Shown here piece by piece: positions 46,120 through 56,587 of a stretch of 64,000 nucleotides of DNA (position 1 is its first letter; each line of letters starts with the position of its first letter). The notes beneath the pieces were generated by a model. That model had not been told where the DNA came from, searched no databases, and worked only from the letters and a program-made list of their open reading frames with translations. The DNA is from an uncultured Gemmatimonadales bacterium (lineage in GTDB: Bacteria > Gemmatimonadota > Gemmatimonadetes > Gemmatimonadales > GWC2-71-9): the NCBI GenBank assembly GCA_963779755.1, contig CAVZZO010000001.1, positions 160,001 through 224,000 of the forward strand, written 5' to 3'. The translations under genes and the position numbers were made by a program.

Positions 46120-47240
46120 GGCTCCGCGAGCGCGCCGCCGCCGCGGGGCTCCTCCTTCTCGGCATTGCGGCGTGCCGGGGCGGCGACCGGACCGCCATTA
46201 CCATCGGCTGGGCGGGGCCGGCCACCGACTCGATCGGCGCGGGCTCGCTCCGGGCGGCACGGCTCGCGGTCGATGAAATCAACGCCGCCGGCGGCGTCGG
46301 TGGCCGGCAGTTCGTGCTGCTCGCCGCCGACGACGCGGGAGACGCCGACTCCGCGGTGCGGGTAGCGCAGATGCTGGCCGCCAGCCCGGCGGTGGCGGTC
46401 ATCGGCCATATCTACTCCAGCGCGACGCTGGCCGCGGCGCCGGTCTACAACGGGGCAAAGGATCCGGTGGTCGAGATCTCGCCCTCGTCTTCTTCCCCCG
46501 AGGTGAGTCTGGCGGGGCCTTACACGTTCCGGGTCTGTCCCAGCGACGATCAATACGGCGCGGCCCTGGCCCGCTGGACTTTCCAGCATCTGGGGCTGCT
46601 GCAGGGAGCGGTGGTCTACGTCAACGACGACTACGGCCGCGGCTTCCGCCAGACCTTTACCGGCGAATTCGAGCGCCTGGGAGGGACCGTGACCGAGATC
46701 GACCCGTTTCTGGCGGCATCGCCCGAAGCCGGGCCCTACCTCGACCGGATCGCCCAGTCGGGGGCGCAGTTTCTGGTCCTGGCCGCCAATATTGAGGAAG
46801 GAGAGAAGGTCCTGCGCCAGGTGCGCACCAGCGACGTGTCGCTGCCGCTCTTGGCGGGTGACGGGTTCGACGGCATCGAGGACGCGGGGGCCGTGGCCGA
46901 AGGGATCTTCGTGACCACCGGATATCTCGCCAGTGAGCCGTCGGCGGCCAACCGGCGGCTGGTGGAGGCCTACCACGCGCGATATCCCGACGCGGGGCCG
47001 CTGGATCAGCCCTCCGCCGCCACGTACGACATTGTTTATCTCCTGCGCCGGGTGCTGGCTCAGGCGGGCAGCGACCGCCAGGCCGTGCGCGACGCGCTGG
47101 CGCGGGTGGGGAGCGCCGATCCGGCCTTCGCCGGCGTCACCGGCAGGATCGCGTTCGACTCCCTGGGAGACGTTCCCTCCCTGGAGGTGCGCATGGGGGT
47201 GGTGCAGAACGGAGTTCTCCGGCCTGCGGAGGAGCAGTGA
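46116..47240 (+). CDS. Second LivJ/LivK-type periplasmic binding lipoprotein (paralogue)
   Basis: Lipobox IAAC and the same motifs; ATGA overlap. Confidence 0.92.
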   Translation: MRLRERAAAAGLLLLGIAACRGGDRTAITIGWAGPATDSIGAGSLRAARLAVDEINAAGGVGGRQFVLLAADDAGDADSAVRVAQMLAASPAVAVIGHIYSSATLAAAPVYNGAKDPVVEISPSSSSPEVSLAGPYTFRVCPSDDQYGAALARWTFQHLGLLQGAVVYVNDDYGRGFRQTFTGEFERLGGTVTEIDPFLAASPEAGPYLDRIAQSGAQFLVLAANIEEGEKVLRQVRTSDVSLPLLAGDGFDGIEDAGAVAEGIFVTTGYLASEPSAANRRLVEAYHARYPDAGPLDQPSAATYDIVYLLRRVLAQAGSDRQAVRDALARVGSADPAFAGVTGRIAFDSLGDVPSLEVRMGVVQNGVLRPAEEQ

Positions 47241-48931
47241 AACTGTTCAAGGGTCTGACCGAGCGTATCTGGCTGCTGACCGCCGTGCTGCTGCTCCCCT
47301 TTTTCCTGATCACGGGGCTTGGCATCTGGGCGCTGCGCTCGGTGGGCCGGACGGCGAGTACCGAGCTGTCGGGGCTGGCCGTCGAAGCCGACGTGGGCAG
47401 CGGACTGGTCGGCTGGGTCATCGGAGAGATCCGGGCCGCCCAGCAGTATCTGCTCGCGCCCTCGTACCAACTGCGATTCCAGTTTATCGCGGCGGGCGAT
47501 TCGGCCTATGCCTACCAGCGCCGCTTCCGCGACCTGCCCTCTCTCACCAACGAAGAGCGGCTGGTGCTGAACCGCATCGCGGTGAAGCAATCCGAAATCG
47601 AAGTCGCCTACAGCCTGGCGCACGCGGAGGCCGATCTCGGCCGCACCGAGCAGGCCATGGCGCAGGCCGCCGCGGCCCAGGCCCCCGCCGATTCCCTGAT
47701 CGCCATGGTGCGGGGCCTCACCGCCTCGCAGGCCCGCGCGGCCCTGGCCCGGGCCGCCGTGCTGCGGCGGGAAGCCACCCGCAGCCAGTCCGTCATGGGC
47801 GTGGTATTCCTCGTGGTGCTGATCTTCGGGCTTATCATTGCCGTCTGGACCATTACCGCGATCGCCGAGCATCTCCGGCGGCTGGTGGGAGCCGCCGAAC
47901 GCTTCGGCTCCGGCGACCTCCGACCGGTCCAGCTGGGCCAGATGCCCACCGAACTGCAGCTGCTGGCCAGCACACTGGACAGTACCGGCGCCCGGCTCCG
48001 TACCGTCGTCGTCGAGGTCATCCGGGAAGCGGACCAGATCAGCACCAGTGCCGGCGAGTTCTCTGCCATGAGTCAGGAGCTGGCCGCAAGCGGACACGAG
48101 ATCTCCACCGCCATGGTCAAGGTGTCCACCAGCGCCGAAGGACAGGTGCAGGGAATGCGCCGGGCCGACGGCATGCTGGAACAGCTGCGCCAGGCCACCA
48201 CCACCAACGTCGAGGCGGCCAATCGGGTGGTCGGCCTGGGCGAGAACATCCGCGGGATCGCCGCGCAGCACCAGGCGGATGTCGATGCGGCCCGGCGGAC
48301 CCTGCTGGATGTGCGGGAGGTGGTCCGGACATCCTCGCAGCAGATCCGCCAGTTGGCGCAGCTGTCCGCTTCGATCACGGCATTCATCGATCTGATCAAG
48401 CAGATCTCCAGCCAGACCAACCTGTTGGCGCTCAACGCCGCCATCGAAGCGGCCCGGGCGGGCGAGCAGGGCCGCGGGTTTGCCGTGGTGGCCGAGGAGG
48501 TCCGCAATCTGGCCGACTCCAGCGCCCGGGCAGCCGAAGACGTCACCAAGACTGTCCAGCTCCTGCTGACGCAGGTGCGTGATGCCTCGAGCACCATGGA
48601 GGCCGGTAGCGGGAAAGTGGAGGGTATCGAGCACGTAGCGCACGCCGCAGCCCGGGGGCTGGAAGAGATCGCCCAGGCGGTCGCCGAGATTCAGGAGGCC
48701 GCTGCCCGGGTAAAGAGCGAAGCAGAGAAAAACCAGGCGGTAGTGGACAGCCTCGGGGATGTCACCGGCCAGGCGGCAGGGGCCGCCGCCGAACACGCCA
48801 CCTCAAGCGAAGCCGTGACCGCCGCGGCCGAAGAACAGAACGCTGCCACCGAGGAGATGGCGGCGGCGGCGAGCGAATTGCTTCATGGCGCCAACCGGCT
48901 GACCGGGCTGGTCTCCGACTTCAAGACCTGA
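47237..48931 (+). CDS. Methyl-accepting chemotaxis protein
   Basis: Two TM helices, HAMP, and [31 protein letters not shown]. Confidence 0.96.
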   Translation: MKLFKGLTERIWLLTAVLLLPFFLITGLGIWALRSVGRTASTELSGLAVEADVGSGLVGWVIGEIRAAQQYLLAPSYQLRFQFIAAGDSAYAYQRRFRDLPSLTNEERLVLNRIAVKQSEIEVAYSLAHAEADLGRTEQAMAQAAAAQAPADSLIAMVRGLTASQARAALARAAVLRREATRSQSVMGVVFLVVLIFGLIIAVWTITAIAEHLRRLVGAAERFGSGDLRPVQLGQMPTELQLLASTLDSTGARLRTVVVEVIREADQISTSAGEFSAMSQELAASGHEISTAMVKVSTSAEGQVQGMRRADGMLEQLRQATTTNVEAANRVVGLGENIRGIAAQHQADVDAARRTLLDVREVVRTSSQQIRQLAQLSASITAFIDLIKQISSQTNLLALNAAIEAARAGEQGRGFAVVAEEVRNLADSSARAAEDVTKTVQLLLTQVRDASSTMEAGSGKVEGIEHVAHAAARGLEEIAQAVAEIQEAAARVKSEAEKNQAVVDSLGDVTGQAAGAAAEHATSSEAVTAAAEEQNAATEEMAAAASELLHGANRLTGLVSDFKT

Positions 48932-48939
48932 CGCCCGGC

Positions 48940-49398
48940 CTAGCGCCGCTTGGACTTGGGCGCGGCCTTCTTGTGGGCGGCCCGGGCCTTGGGCTTCGCG
49001 GCGGCTTTGGGCTTGGGTTTCGCCTTGGGCTTGGCCTTGGGCTTGGCGGCGGCTTTGGCCTTGGGTTTCGGCTTGGCGGCCGCCTTGGCCTGGGTCGCGG
49101 GACGTGGCGGGGCCTTGCTCGTCTTGGTGCGCCGCTCTGCTGCCCGGTCGGCGCGCCGCTGGGCGGCGGCCTGGACCTCCTCCAGCAACCGCTCACCTTC
49201 CTCCGCCCCCAGCAGACTCCGCCGGACCGAGTAGCGGATAAGCTCTTCGGCATCGGCGGCATCGAAATCGGTCAGGCGGGCAGCGGCACGAATGACATTC
49301 ACGAGCGCATCGGCCACCGGACTCCGCAGCACCGTCGCAATCCCCGGGAGGGTCTCGAGCAGCGTTGAGATCTGAGAACCACCGAGATCAGTCACCAA
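48940..49398 (-). CDS. Protein with Lys/Ala/Pro-rich histone-H1-like tail
   Basis: AAAGGAGG RBS before TTG/GTG; C-terminal KAAAKPK repeats. Confidence 0.8.
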   Translation of the reverse strand: MVTDLGGSQISTLLETLPGIATVLRSPVADALVNVIRAAARLTDFDAADAEELIRYSVRRSLLGAEEGERLLEEVQAAAQRRADRAAERRTKTSKAPPRPATQAKAAAKPKPKAKAAAKPKAKPKAKPKPKAAAKPKARAAHKKAAPKSKRR

Positions 49399-49786
49399 CG
49401 CTAACCCTCCTTTCGGGCCCCCCCAGTGAGCCCTGGTCAGTTGCCAAAAAACTTGACGGCAACGTAGCCGGGATGCACCAGACACGTCAAGGAGATGGCC
49501 CGAACATGCGAAAGCGTTGCGGCTACTGGTTTTGCTGCATTGGCTGTATGGCCAGTCTAACAACACATACCAAAACAGCCCGCCTGCGAGCAGCGGAAAC
49601 TTGATCGGGGCAGACTGCCTGACTGACCAGTCGCGCGCTTGGCCGATCTCGCGTCGAGTCGGACCCCTGGAACAAGCATCCAGCGCATGCACCTGCATGC
49701 AGCTTGGTCATAACACCTTGGTCTGGGGGATGGACCTGCCAATGTACGGGCGGATTTGCGGTCGGGCAACCACGAGCGGTCTTCGG

Positions 49787-50191
49787 CTACCGCCCTCTTT
49801 TGACCGTCAGGTCGATATGAGAATGCTGGTAGGCACGGTGGGTGGTGCAGAAGAGCTGGTAGGTCCCGTCCGGTACTTTGGGCACCACCAGAGAGTACTG
49901 ATCGCCCGCCTGCAGAAGGAGCGGACCCCGGAGTTCGCCTACCCGGTCGGGAAAGGCCCGGTTCCACGCGGCCGCCACCCGCGCATCGAGCCCGGCTGCC
50001 AGCATCCCGACGGCGTGCGGCGCGCCGCCCATCACCCGGAAGCGGAGGACATCGCCGGGACGAACCGTGAGCCGGGCGGGTTCCATGCGAGGGGAGCCGT
50101 CTGCGCCGGCATTGAGCGTCACCACCACCGGCCGCTGCGCTGCCAGTGGGGCGGCCAGCGCCAGCAGCAGGCCGGTAGCCAGAACGGACAA
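49787..50191 (-). CDS. Plastocyanin/azurin-like cupredoxin; start uncertain
   Basis: Signal peptide, P..LTV.PGD...F, PH and G.Y..FC..H motifs. Confidence 0.8.
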   Translation of the reverse strand: MSVLATGLLLALAAPLAAQRPVVVTLNAGADGSPRMEPARLTVRPGDVLRFRVMGGAPHAVGMLAAGLDARVAAAWNRAFPDRVGELRGPLLLQAGDQYSLVVPKVPDGTYQLFCTTHRAYQHSHIDLTVKRGR

Positions 50192-50309
50192 GCGAAGTCT
50201 TCGGGCGATATTCGCGAGAGGTTTGCCGGTGTTCCTGACCGGACCTAGATTCGAAGAACGCGGCCAGCTGGCGACCGCGCCGGCCGCCAGGCCGCGGGAA
50301 GGAACTACC

Positions 50310-50573
50310 GTGGGACGACGAGGCATCAAGGAATACCGGGCCTCCGAGGCGCTGAACTTGATCGCGGCCGACCGCGACCGGGAAGCGCTCGTTTGCCCCA
50401 GTTGCGGGTCGACCGATATCGAACGTATCCCCAGGCGTCCCGCAAAACCAGGGCAGCGCGAAGCCGGCCGGGTCACCCTCCATTGCCAGAAGTGTGGCCG
50501 CTCGGCGGTATATCTTGCCGGGGCGGCCAGCCCCGAGCGCCCCCGGCCCGGGCACAACCAGCCGACCTCCTGA
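50310..50573 (+). CDS. Small zinc-ribbon protein
   Basis: GAAGGA before GTG; CPSCG...CQKCG. Confidence 0.75.
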   Translation: MGRRGIKEYRASEALNLIAADRDREALVCPSCGSTDIERIPRRPAKPGQREAGRVTLHCQKCGRSAVYLAGAASPERPRPGHNQPTS

Positions 50574-50598
50574 CGCCCGGCAGCCGCCGGGCGTTTCT
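50573..50598 (+). terminator. Intrinsic terminator-like hairpin
   Basis: acgcccggc-agcc-gccgggcgt-ttct. Confidence 0.6.
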
Positions 50599-50708
50599 GC
50601 TGCGCGCCGCTGAACACTCTCGCCGCACTGGCCCTTGCGCCCTGACGCACTATATATCTCGGCCGCGTGCCGTCCAGGCGCGCGGTACCCGTTCCACCGG
50701 AGTAACGC

Positions 50709-51896
50709 ATGTCCGCACCGACGGAGCCCGCCGTCAGCCGTCGTCCCGCCATGGCGATTCTGTTTATCACGGTCGTCATCGATCTCATTGGATTCGGCAT
50801 CGTCCTGCCCCTGCTGCCCTCCTATGCCGCCGGGTTCCACGCGGGCGACATGGCCATCGGCCTGCTGGTGGCCAGCTTCTCACTGATGCAGTTCATTTTC
50901 GCTCCGCGCTGGGGTCGGCTGAGCGACCGCATCGGCCGGCGTCCCGTCCTGCTGATCGGCCTCTGCGGCAGCGCGGGGTCGTATCTGCTCTTCGCGCTGG
51001 CCGGTAACTACTGGGTCCTGTTACTCTCCCGGGTGCTGGCGGGCGGCATGGGGGCCACCGTCAACGTAGCCCAGGCCTATCTCGCCGACATCACCCCGCC
51101 CGAGCGCCGGTCGCATGCCATGGGCCTCATCGGTGCCGCGTTTGGCCTGGGCTTTGTGCTGGGGCCGGCCATCGCGGGCCTCACCGTCCGTTTCGGACAG
51201 GGCGTTCCCGGCTTCGTGGCGGCGGGTATCTCTGCCGGCGCTTTCCTGCTGGCGCTCATGCGCCTCCCCGAGACCCGGGTCCACCGCCCCAGCGAAGCCG
51301 CCGCCGGCCCGCTCCACTGGCGGTCGCTGGCCCCCAGCTACGGGGTCCTCTTCTTTGCCGTGCTGGCCTTTGCCGTCATCAGCGTGGCGCTGCCGCTCTA
51401 TACCACCCGCGATCTGGGCTATTCCGAAATGCAGACGGCCCATCTCTTCGTGCTCATGGGGCTGGCATCCGCGCTGGTACAGGGCTGGCTGGTGGGCAAG
51501 TTGTCGCGGCGGTTTCCCGAGCGCAGTCTCATCCGGGCGGGCACCACGCTGCTGGCGCTCGGCCTGGCGGGCATTCCGGTGAGCCACCTCTCCAGCGTTC
51601 CGTCCCCCTGGCATCTGCCGCTGATGCTCGTCTCCATCGTGGTCCTGGCAGCCGGCGTGGGGCTCAACGGCCCCAGCGTGACCGGCTACCTCAGCCGCAC
51701 GGTGGGACGGCATGAGCAGGGACGCGCCCTGGGCACGCTCCAGAGCGTGAATTCAATGGCGCGCATCCTGGGGCCGCCGGGGGCGGGGCTGGTGATGGCA
51801 ACGGCGGGGACGGCGATAACGTTTTTCGCCGCCGCCGCCATGGCCCTCATGGCCCTGCTGGTGAGCGTGGTCGGGATGGGTCCCGATGCGCTGTAA
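50709..51896 (+). CDS. MFS transporter, TetA/DHA1-like
   Basis: DLIGFGIVLP, GRLSDRIGRRPVL and G.AFGLGF.LGP motifs; about 12 TM helices. Confidence 0.93.
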   Translation: MSAPTEPAVSRRPAMAILFITVVIDLIGFGIVLPLLPSYAAGFHAGDMAIGLLVASFSLMQFIFAPRWGRLSDRIGRRPVLLIGLCGSAGSYLLFALAGNYWVLLLSRVLAGGMGATVNVAQAYLADITPPERRSHAMGLIGAAFGLGFVLGPAIAGLTVRFGQGVPGFVAAGISAGAFLLALMRLPETRVHRPSEAAAGPLHWRSLAPSYGVLFFAVLAFAVISVALPLYTTRDLGYSEMQTAHLFVLMGLASALVQGWLVGKLSRRFPERSLIRAGTTLLALGLAGIPVSHLSSVPSPWHLPLMLVSIVVLAAGVGLNGPSVTGYLSRTVGRHEQGRALGTLQSVNSMARILGPPGAGLVMATAGTAITFFAAAAMALMALLVSVVGMGPDAL

Positions 51897-51902
51897 CGCG
51901 CC

Positions 51903-52670
51903 TCAGCGGGGCGTGCTGAACAGCCGGTGCCAGCGGACGGCGGAAAAGAAGGGCAGCGGCTTGTAACTGCTCGGGTCGTAGCTGAAGTAGATGACGATCG
52001 GACGCCCCCGCACGTTTTCCCGCGGCAGAAACCCCCAGTACCGGCTGTCGTAGGAACTGTCCCGGTTGTCCCCCATCACGAAGAACGAATCGGGCGGGAC
52101 CACGATGGGCCCCCAGTCGTGCAGGTCCGGCTCGTAGGTATCCGGATCACGGCCCACCAGATGTTTCAACTGCCAGTCCCGCATCCGGGCCCGCTGGAAG
52201 GGATCTTCGCCCCGGGTGGGATCGGTATGGATGGCCCAGGGTTCCTCCAGCCGCCGTCCGTTGCGGTAGAGATCGCCCCCTTCCATCCAGAGGGTATCGC
52301 CCGGTACGCCCACCAGCCGCTTCACCACCTTGAGGTCGGGGGTTTCCGGCTCCACCGAGTCGAAGACAATCACGTCTCCCCGCTTGGGCTCGCGGATCAC
52401 CGGCAGGTGGTAATGGGTAAACGGCACTTCGGCCCCGTAGAGGGCCTTGTTCACGAAGAGAAAGTCTCCGATCAGCAGCGTGTTTTCCATGCTGCCGGAA
52501 GGAATGCGGAAGGCTTCGATCAGAAAGGTCCGCAGCAGCAGCCAGATGACCAGAGCAACGCCGATGGACTTGGTCCAGTCCCAGAGCCAGGCGGAGAAGG
52601 TCCGTTCGGGGAGTGCAGGGGCGGGCTCGGGCTTTTCGGACGCGGGACGGGATTGAGAAGATCGGCTCAT
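51903..52670 (-). CDS. lepB: Signal peptidase I
   Basis: IPSGSM..TL, VKRL.G.PGD and GDNRDSSYDSRYWG motifs. Confidence 0.96.
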   Translation of the reverse strand: MSRSSQSRPASEKPEPAPALPERTFSAWLWDWTKSIGVALVIWLLLRTFLIEAFRIPSGSMENTLLIGDFLFVNKALYGAEVPFTHYHLPVIREPKRGDVIVFDSVEPETPDLKVVKRLVGVPGDTLWMEGGDLYRNGRRLEEPWAIHTDPTRGEDPFQRARMRDWQLKHLVGRDPDTYEPDLHDWGPIVVPPDSFFVMGDNRDSSYDSRYWGFLPRENVRGRPIVIYFSYDPSSYKPLPFFSAVRWHRLFSTPR

Positions 52671-52773
52671 CGGCTCATCGGGCTGGGAAAGGGTCGCCCC
52701 GCGACGCGGGGGCGCCCGGAAACATAATCGCCGGGTGCCCGCTGTCGCGGGACGCGTACCCTCGGAGGCGGCG

Positions 52774-53865
52774 CTAGTTCACCCAGTCGGCGATGAACAG
52801 GTTGGTTTCGCCCGGATTGTCGGCGTGCCGGTTGCTGGCCCAGACCAGCTTCGACCCGTCGGGGCTCCACATGGGAAATCCGTCGAAATCGGGCGCCGTG
52901 GTGATCCGCTCCAGACCGGTGCCGTCCATGTTGATGACGTAGAGGTCGAAATGCCCGCTGTGCGGATCGGGGAAGTTGCTGGAGAAGATGATCCGCTTGC
53001 CGTCCGGATGCCAGAAGGGCGCGAAGTTGGCCCCGCCCAGATGCGTGATCTGACGGGGATTGCTCCCATCGGCATTGGCCACCCAGAGCTCGACCCTGGC
53101 CGGCCGCACCAGACGCTGGTGCAGCAGGGTGAGGTAGTCGGCGGAATCGGCCGCCGTCTGAGGATAGCCCGCGCGCCACACGATGTACTTGCCGTCGGGA
53201 GAAAAGAACGCGCCGCCGTCGTAGCCCACCCGGTGCGTGAGCCGCCGGAGGTTGCTCCCGTCGATGTTCATGGTGTAGAGCTCGAGGTCGCCGTCCATGG
53301 TGCTGGTGAAGATGATCTTCGTACCATCCTCCGACACCGTGGCCTCGGCGTTGTACGCGCCGTTGGAGGTCAGCGGCCTGAGCTCGCTGCCGTCGTCCCT
53401 GGCGGTGTAGATCTCCAGATGCGACAACGGCCACACGTACCCGTGGCTGCGGTCCGGCACCGGCGGACAAGCGGGAGAATACTGGAAGGTCGAGCTGTAG
53501 AGAATCCGGTGATCGTTATCGTAGAAATACCCGCAGGTCGTGCGGCCCTCGCCATTGGAAATGCGATGCAGGTTGGAGCCATCGGTGTTGATGATGTATT
53601 CCTGGTCGCATCCCTGGTCCAGCACCGGCTGGCGCTGGAAGATCAGCCGGGTGCCGTCCCGGGAGAAATACGCCTCGGCATTGTTACCGCTGAAGGTGAG
53701 CTGCCGGATCTGGCGCAGGTGCGTCTCCCCCGGCTCCGGCTGGACGTAGACGGTCGAGGGACCGTTCCCGGCGGCGCCGTCCGACGGGGTCTGGGCGGCG
53801 GCGCCCGCCACCAGGAGGGCCGGCAGCAGCCCGGCAGTCGCGGCGGCAAACAGGTGTCTGGTCAT
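52774..53865 (-). CDS. TolB-like PD40 beta-propeller secreted protein
   Basis: Signal peptide and repeated FSPDG/WSPDG PD40 units. Confidence 0.9.
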   Translation of the reverse strand: MTRHLFAAATAGLLPALLVAGAAAQTPSDGAAGNGPSTVYVQPEPGETHLRQIRQLTFSGNNAEAYFSRDGTRLIFQRQPVLDQGCDQEYIINTDGSNLHRISNGEGRTTCGYFYDNDHRILYSSTFQYSPACPPVPDRSHGYVWPLSHLEIYTARDDGSELRPLTSNGAYNAEATVSEDGTKIIFTSTMDGDLELYTMNIDGSNLRRLTHRVGYDGGAFFSPDGKYIVWRAGYPQTAADSADYLTLLHQRLVRPARVELWVANADGSNPRQITHLGGANFAPFWHPDGKRIIFSSNFPDPHSGHFDLYVINMDGTGLERITTAPDFDGFPMWSPDGSKLVWASNRHADNPGETNLFIADWVN

Positions 53866-53922
53866 AGCGCTGAAAAATAGTGAAGGGGGTCGAGGCACCA
53901 TCCGTAGTAGTACGGACCGACC

Positions 53923-54399
53923 TCAGGAGGCAGCGGAGTCCCGCAGCGCCGCGAGAACCTGGGCGGCGTGGCCCCGCGGCTTCACTCTTTCGAAAATGCG
54001 AACGATTCGCCCGTCCGGGCCGATCAGCAAGGTGGTCCGCAGCACCCCCTGGTACTTGCGGCCATACATCGACTTCTCACCCCAGGCCCCATACCGCTCG
54101 GCCACGGCGTGATCCCGATCGCTCAGCAGGGGGAACGGCAGATCATGCTTGGCCCGGAACTTCTCGTGCGAACCGGTGGAATCGGGCGACACGCCGAGCA
54201 CCACGGCGCCGGTGGCCTGGACGTCGACCCAGGAATCGCGGAACTCGCAGGCCTCGATCGTGCATCCGCTGGTATCGTCCTTGGGATAGAAGTAGAGTAC
54301 CACGGATCGTCCCGCAAAATCCTTGAGCGATACCCGGCCTTCGTCGCTGTCGAGGGTGAAGGCGGGCGCCTTATCGCCCGGCGCCAGGGATGTAGTCAT
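53923..54399 (-). CDS. bcp: Thioredoxin-dependent peroxiredoxin Bcp
   Basis: YFYPKDDTSGCT.EAC.FRD. Confidence 0.96.
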   Translation of the reverse strand: MTTSLAPGDKAPAFTLDSDEGRVSLKDFAGRSVVLYFYPKDDTSGCTIEACEFRDSWVDVQATGAVVLGVSPDSTGSHEKFRAKHDLPFPLLSDRDHAVAERYGAWGEKSMYGRKYQGVLRTTLLIGPDGRIVRIFERVKPRGHAAQVLAALRDSAAS

Positions 54400-56347
54400 C
54401 AGTCGTGCTCCGGATGGGGGGGAGAATACGGGTGGCGGCCACCCGCACGGCGCCGTCCTCGATGGTGAATTCGATCTCCGGAATCAGCACATGCCGCTCG
54501 CGCTTCGGCAGCACCAGATCGGCCGATCGGCTCCGGGGCCAGCGCCGGCTCACCGCGGCATCGCCTGCCAGCGCGTCAGGATCCGCGCCCTGCGCAATCA
54601 GCCGCGCCAGGACCGCGCGCGGGCTGCCCAGAGACCGTGCCAGCACCCGGATCAGGTGATACCCCAGCACATGGGGATTGTTCGCGGCCAGGCTGGCCCG
54701 CTTCTCCGCCTCACCCAGCAGCAGCAGCGGCAGCCGCCGGGCCGCGGGCTGCAGCAGGCGCTCCGTTTCCCATTCTGCCAGGCCCTCGGCCAGAAAGGGA
54801 TCCAGTTCCGGCAGAAGAAGCCAGCCGCTGCGCTCCAGCGGACGGCCGGGACCGGCGCGCCAGCGGCGCTCGTGTTCGATGTGCAGCCACTCGTGGATCA
54901 GGGTGCCCACCGCGAACACCGGCTCATAGGACGGGTCCAGCAGAATCAGATCGTGCGGTTCCAGGAACCCGTTGAACGCTTCATCCGCATACCGTCCCGG
55001 GGAGAGGACGCGCCAGCTGCCCGCACGACTGTCCAGCGTCGTGGCTTCGCCGAAATCGGAGCTCAGCGCGTGCACCGAGACCAGCAGCGCGGCAACACCA
55101 TGGCGATCCAGCCACTGGCGGGCGGGAGCGTTTATCGGCGCCACCAGTTGCAGCGCCGAGCTGTCCGGCAGGCCGAAGCGGGCCGATCCCTCGGGATAGC
55201 CGAAGATCCTGATCGCCAGTTCGGGAGTGCGCGCCCCCGGCTCCGGCCACTGCACCTGCCGCATCAATCCGGCAACGCTCCTCGGGCCGTCGGACCCCGG
55301 TATCCAGTCGTCCTGGAGAAAGAACTCCATCACCCGCCGGTACCAGCCTTCGGCCGCCACATAGCCCCCGAGGAGGGACAGCGCCGCGGCTCCGGAGGCT
55401 GAATCGGCCCCGAGCAGGGTCGCGCGGTCTTCCTGCGATGCGACACTGTCCCGGGCCCAGCGGGCCAGCATGCGGTAAAGCGCGCCCGGGACATCACTCT
55501 CGCCGGCGTTAGCCGGCAGCAACTGCGCCGATTGCAGCGCGGGCAGCGCGGCCGCCCAGGTGATGCCGGGCGACCGGACCCGGGCGGCAACCAGTGCCGC
55601 ATCGTGGAGATCCACCTGCCAGCCGGAATCGGGGCGAAAGAGATAGTCGAACCGTGCCCGGGTGGAATCGCCGCGCAGCCCCGCGCGGATGGAAGCCAGA
55701 GCGTCAATCATGCGGGGGCGCAAGCGATCGCGCTGATACAGACCCATGGCACGATTCAGGACTTCGGCCCCCAGACTGTCCCGCGGGAGGGGCTCGAGTC
55801 CGGCCGCCCCCGCCAATCGGGCGTAGGCGCGATACAAACTGTCCGCGGTCTCACCGTCGCGCGCGGCGGCGGCCAGCCAGGCGCCGGGGATGTGATAGGA
55901 GGAATCGTCCTGGCCGATCAGGATTTCGCGCAGCAGAAAGCGCGGCGGGGCGGCATAGTACTCCTGCCCGGGGGATAACCGGAAGGCACGCCAGCGAGAG
56001 GAGGCTCCGCCGCTCAGCACCTCGCCCTCGAGCTGGTCGCCGGTTGCAGTTCCGTGGAACCGCCGGGGAGGAAGGGAGGCCGTCCGGAACCGGACCTCGT
56101 CTCCGCTCCAGGAGAGATCTTCCAGCGGCAGCCATGAGCTGTCGCGGTTCTCCAGCAGAAGCCGGCCGGTGAGGCCGGCGGTGCCGGAATCGATCCGCAG
56201 CTCGCCATGCAGATCGGCCGCACCCTGGCGGATGGTCAGGGCCCAGCGGGACGGTTGCTGGGCCCGTATTCCCTGCGGACAGAAAGTGAGCAGCAGGGCG
56301 AGCGCGATGCCGCCCCGGCCCCGGCTCGATGATGCGCCGGCAATCAT
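54371..56347 (-). CDS. Secreted protein with putative gluzincin site; start uncertain
   Basis: Signal-like segment; HEWLH followed about 30 aa later by EGLAE. Confidence 0.7.
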   Translation of the reverse strand: MIAGASSSRGRGGIALALLLTFCPQGIRAQQPSRWALTIRQGAADLHGELRIDSGTAGLTGRLLLENRDSSWLPLEDLSWSGDEVRFRTASLPPRRFHGTATGDQLEGEVLSGGASSRWRAFRLSPGQEYYAAPPRFLLREILIGQDDSSYHIPGAWLAAAARDGETADSLYRAYARLAGAAGLEPLPRDSLGAEVLNRAMGLYQRDRLRPRMIDALASIRAGLRGDSTRARFDYLFRPDSGWQVDLHDAALVAARVRSPGITWAAALPALQSAQLLPANAGESDVPGALYRMLARWARDSVASQEDRATLLGADSASGAAALSLLGGYVAAEGWYRRVMEFFLQDDWIPGSDGPRSVAGLMRQVQWPEPGARTPELAIRIFGYPEGSARFGLPDSSALQLVAPINAPARQWLDRHGVAALLVSVHALSSDFGEATTLDSRAGSWRVLSPGRYADEAFNGFLEPHDLILLDPSYEPVFAVGTLIHEWLHIEHERRWRAGPGRPLERSGWLLLPELDPFLAEGLAEWETERLLQPAARRLPLLLLGEAEKRASLAANNPHVLGYHLIRVLARSLGSPRAVLARLIAQGADPDALAGDAAVSRRWPRSRSADLVLPKRERHVLIPEIEFTIEDGAVRVAATRILPPIRSTTDDYIPGAGR

Positions 56348-56587
56348 GCCCCGCAATCTAGACCTGCCCCTGCGGAGGTGCCGCGGTGCCGCAGCCCGCG
56401 GCACAATGCCGCCCGGGGACTGGGGGCTCCGGCCGCTCTCCCTCAGGATCCGGCTCAGGCTGCGGTAGCACAACGGGATAGGATGCCTAAGCATGGGCAG
56501 GCGGGCGCAGGAAGAAGGAGGCCTGATTCTGGCTGCCATTGCGATTGCCTGCCCCGCTTGTGGCAGGGCGGCGCGCTCCGGACTGTA

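Noticed and set aside
49517..50248. 243-aa plus-strand ORF
   Set aside because: Antisense to the cupredoxin gene, with no motif support.
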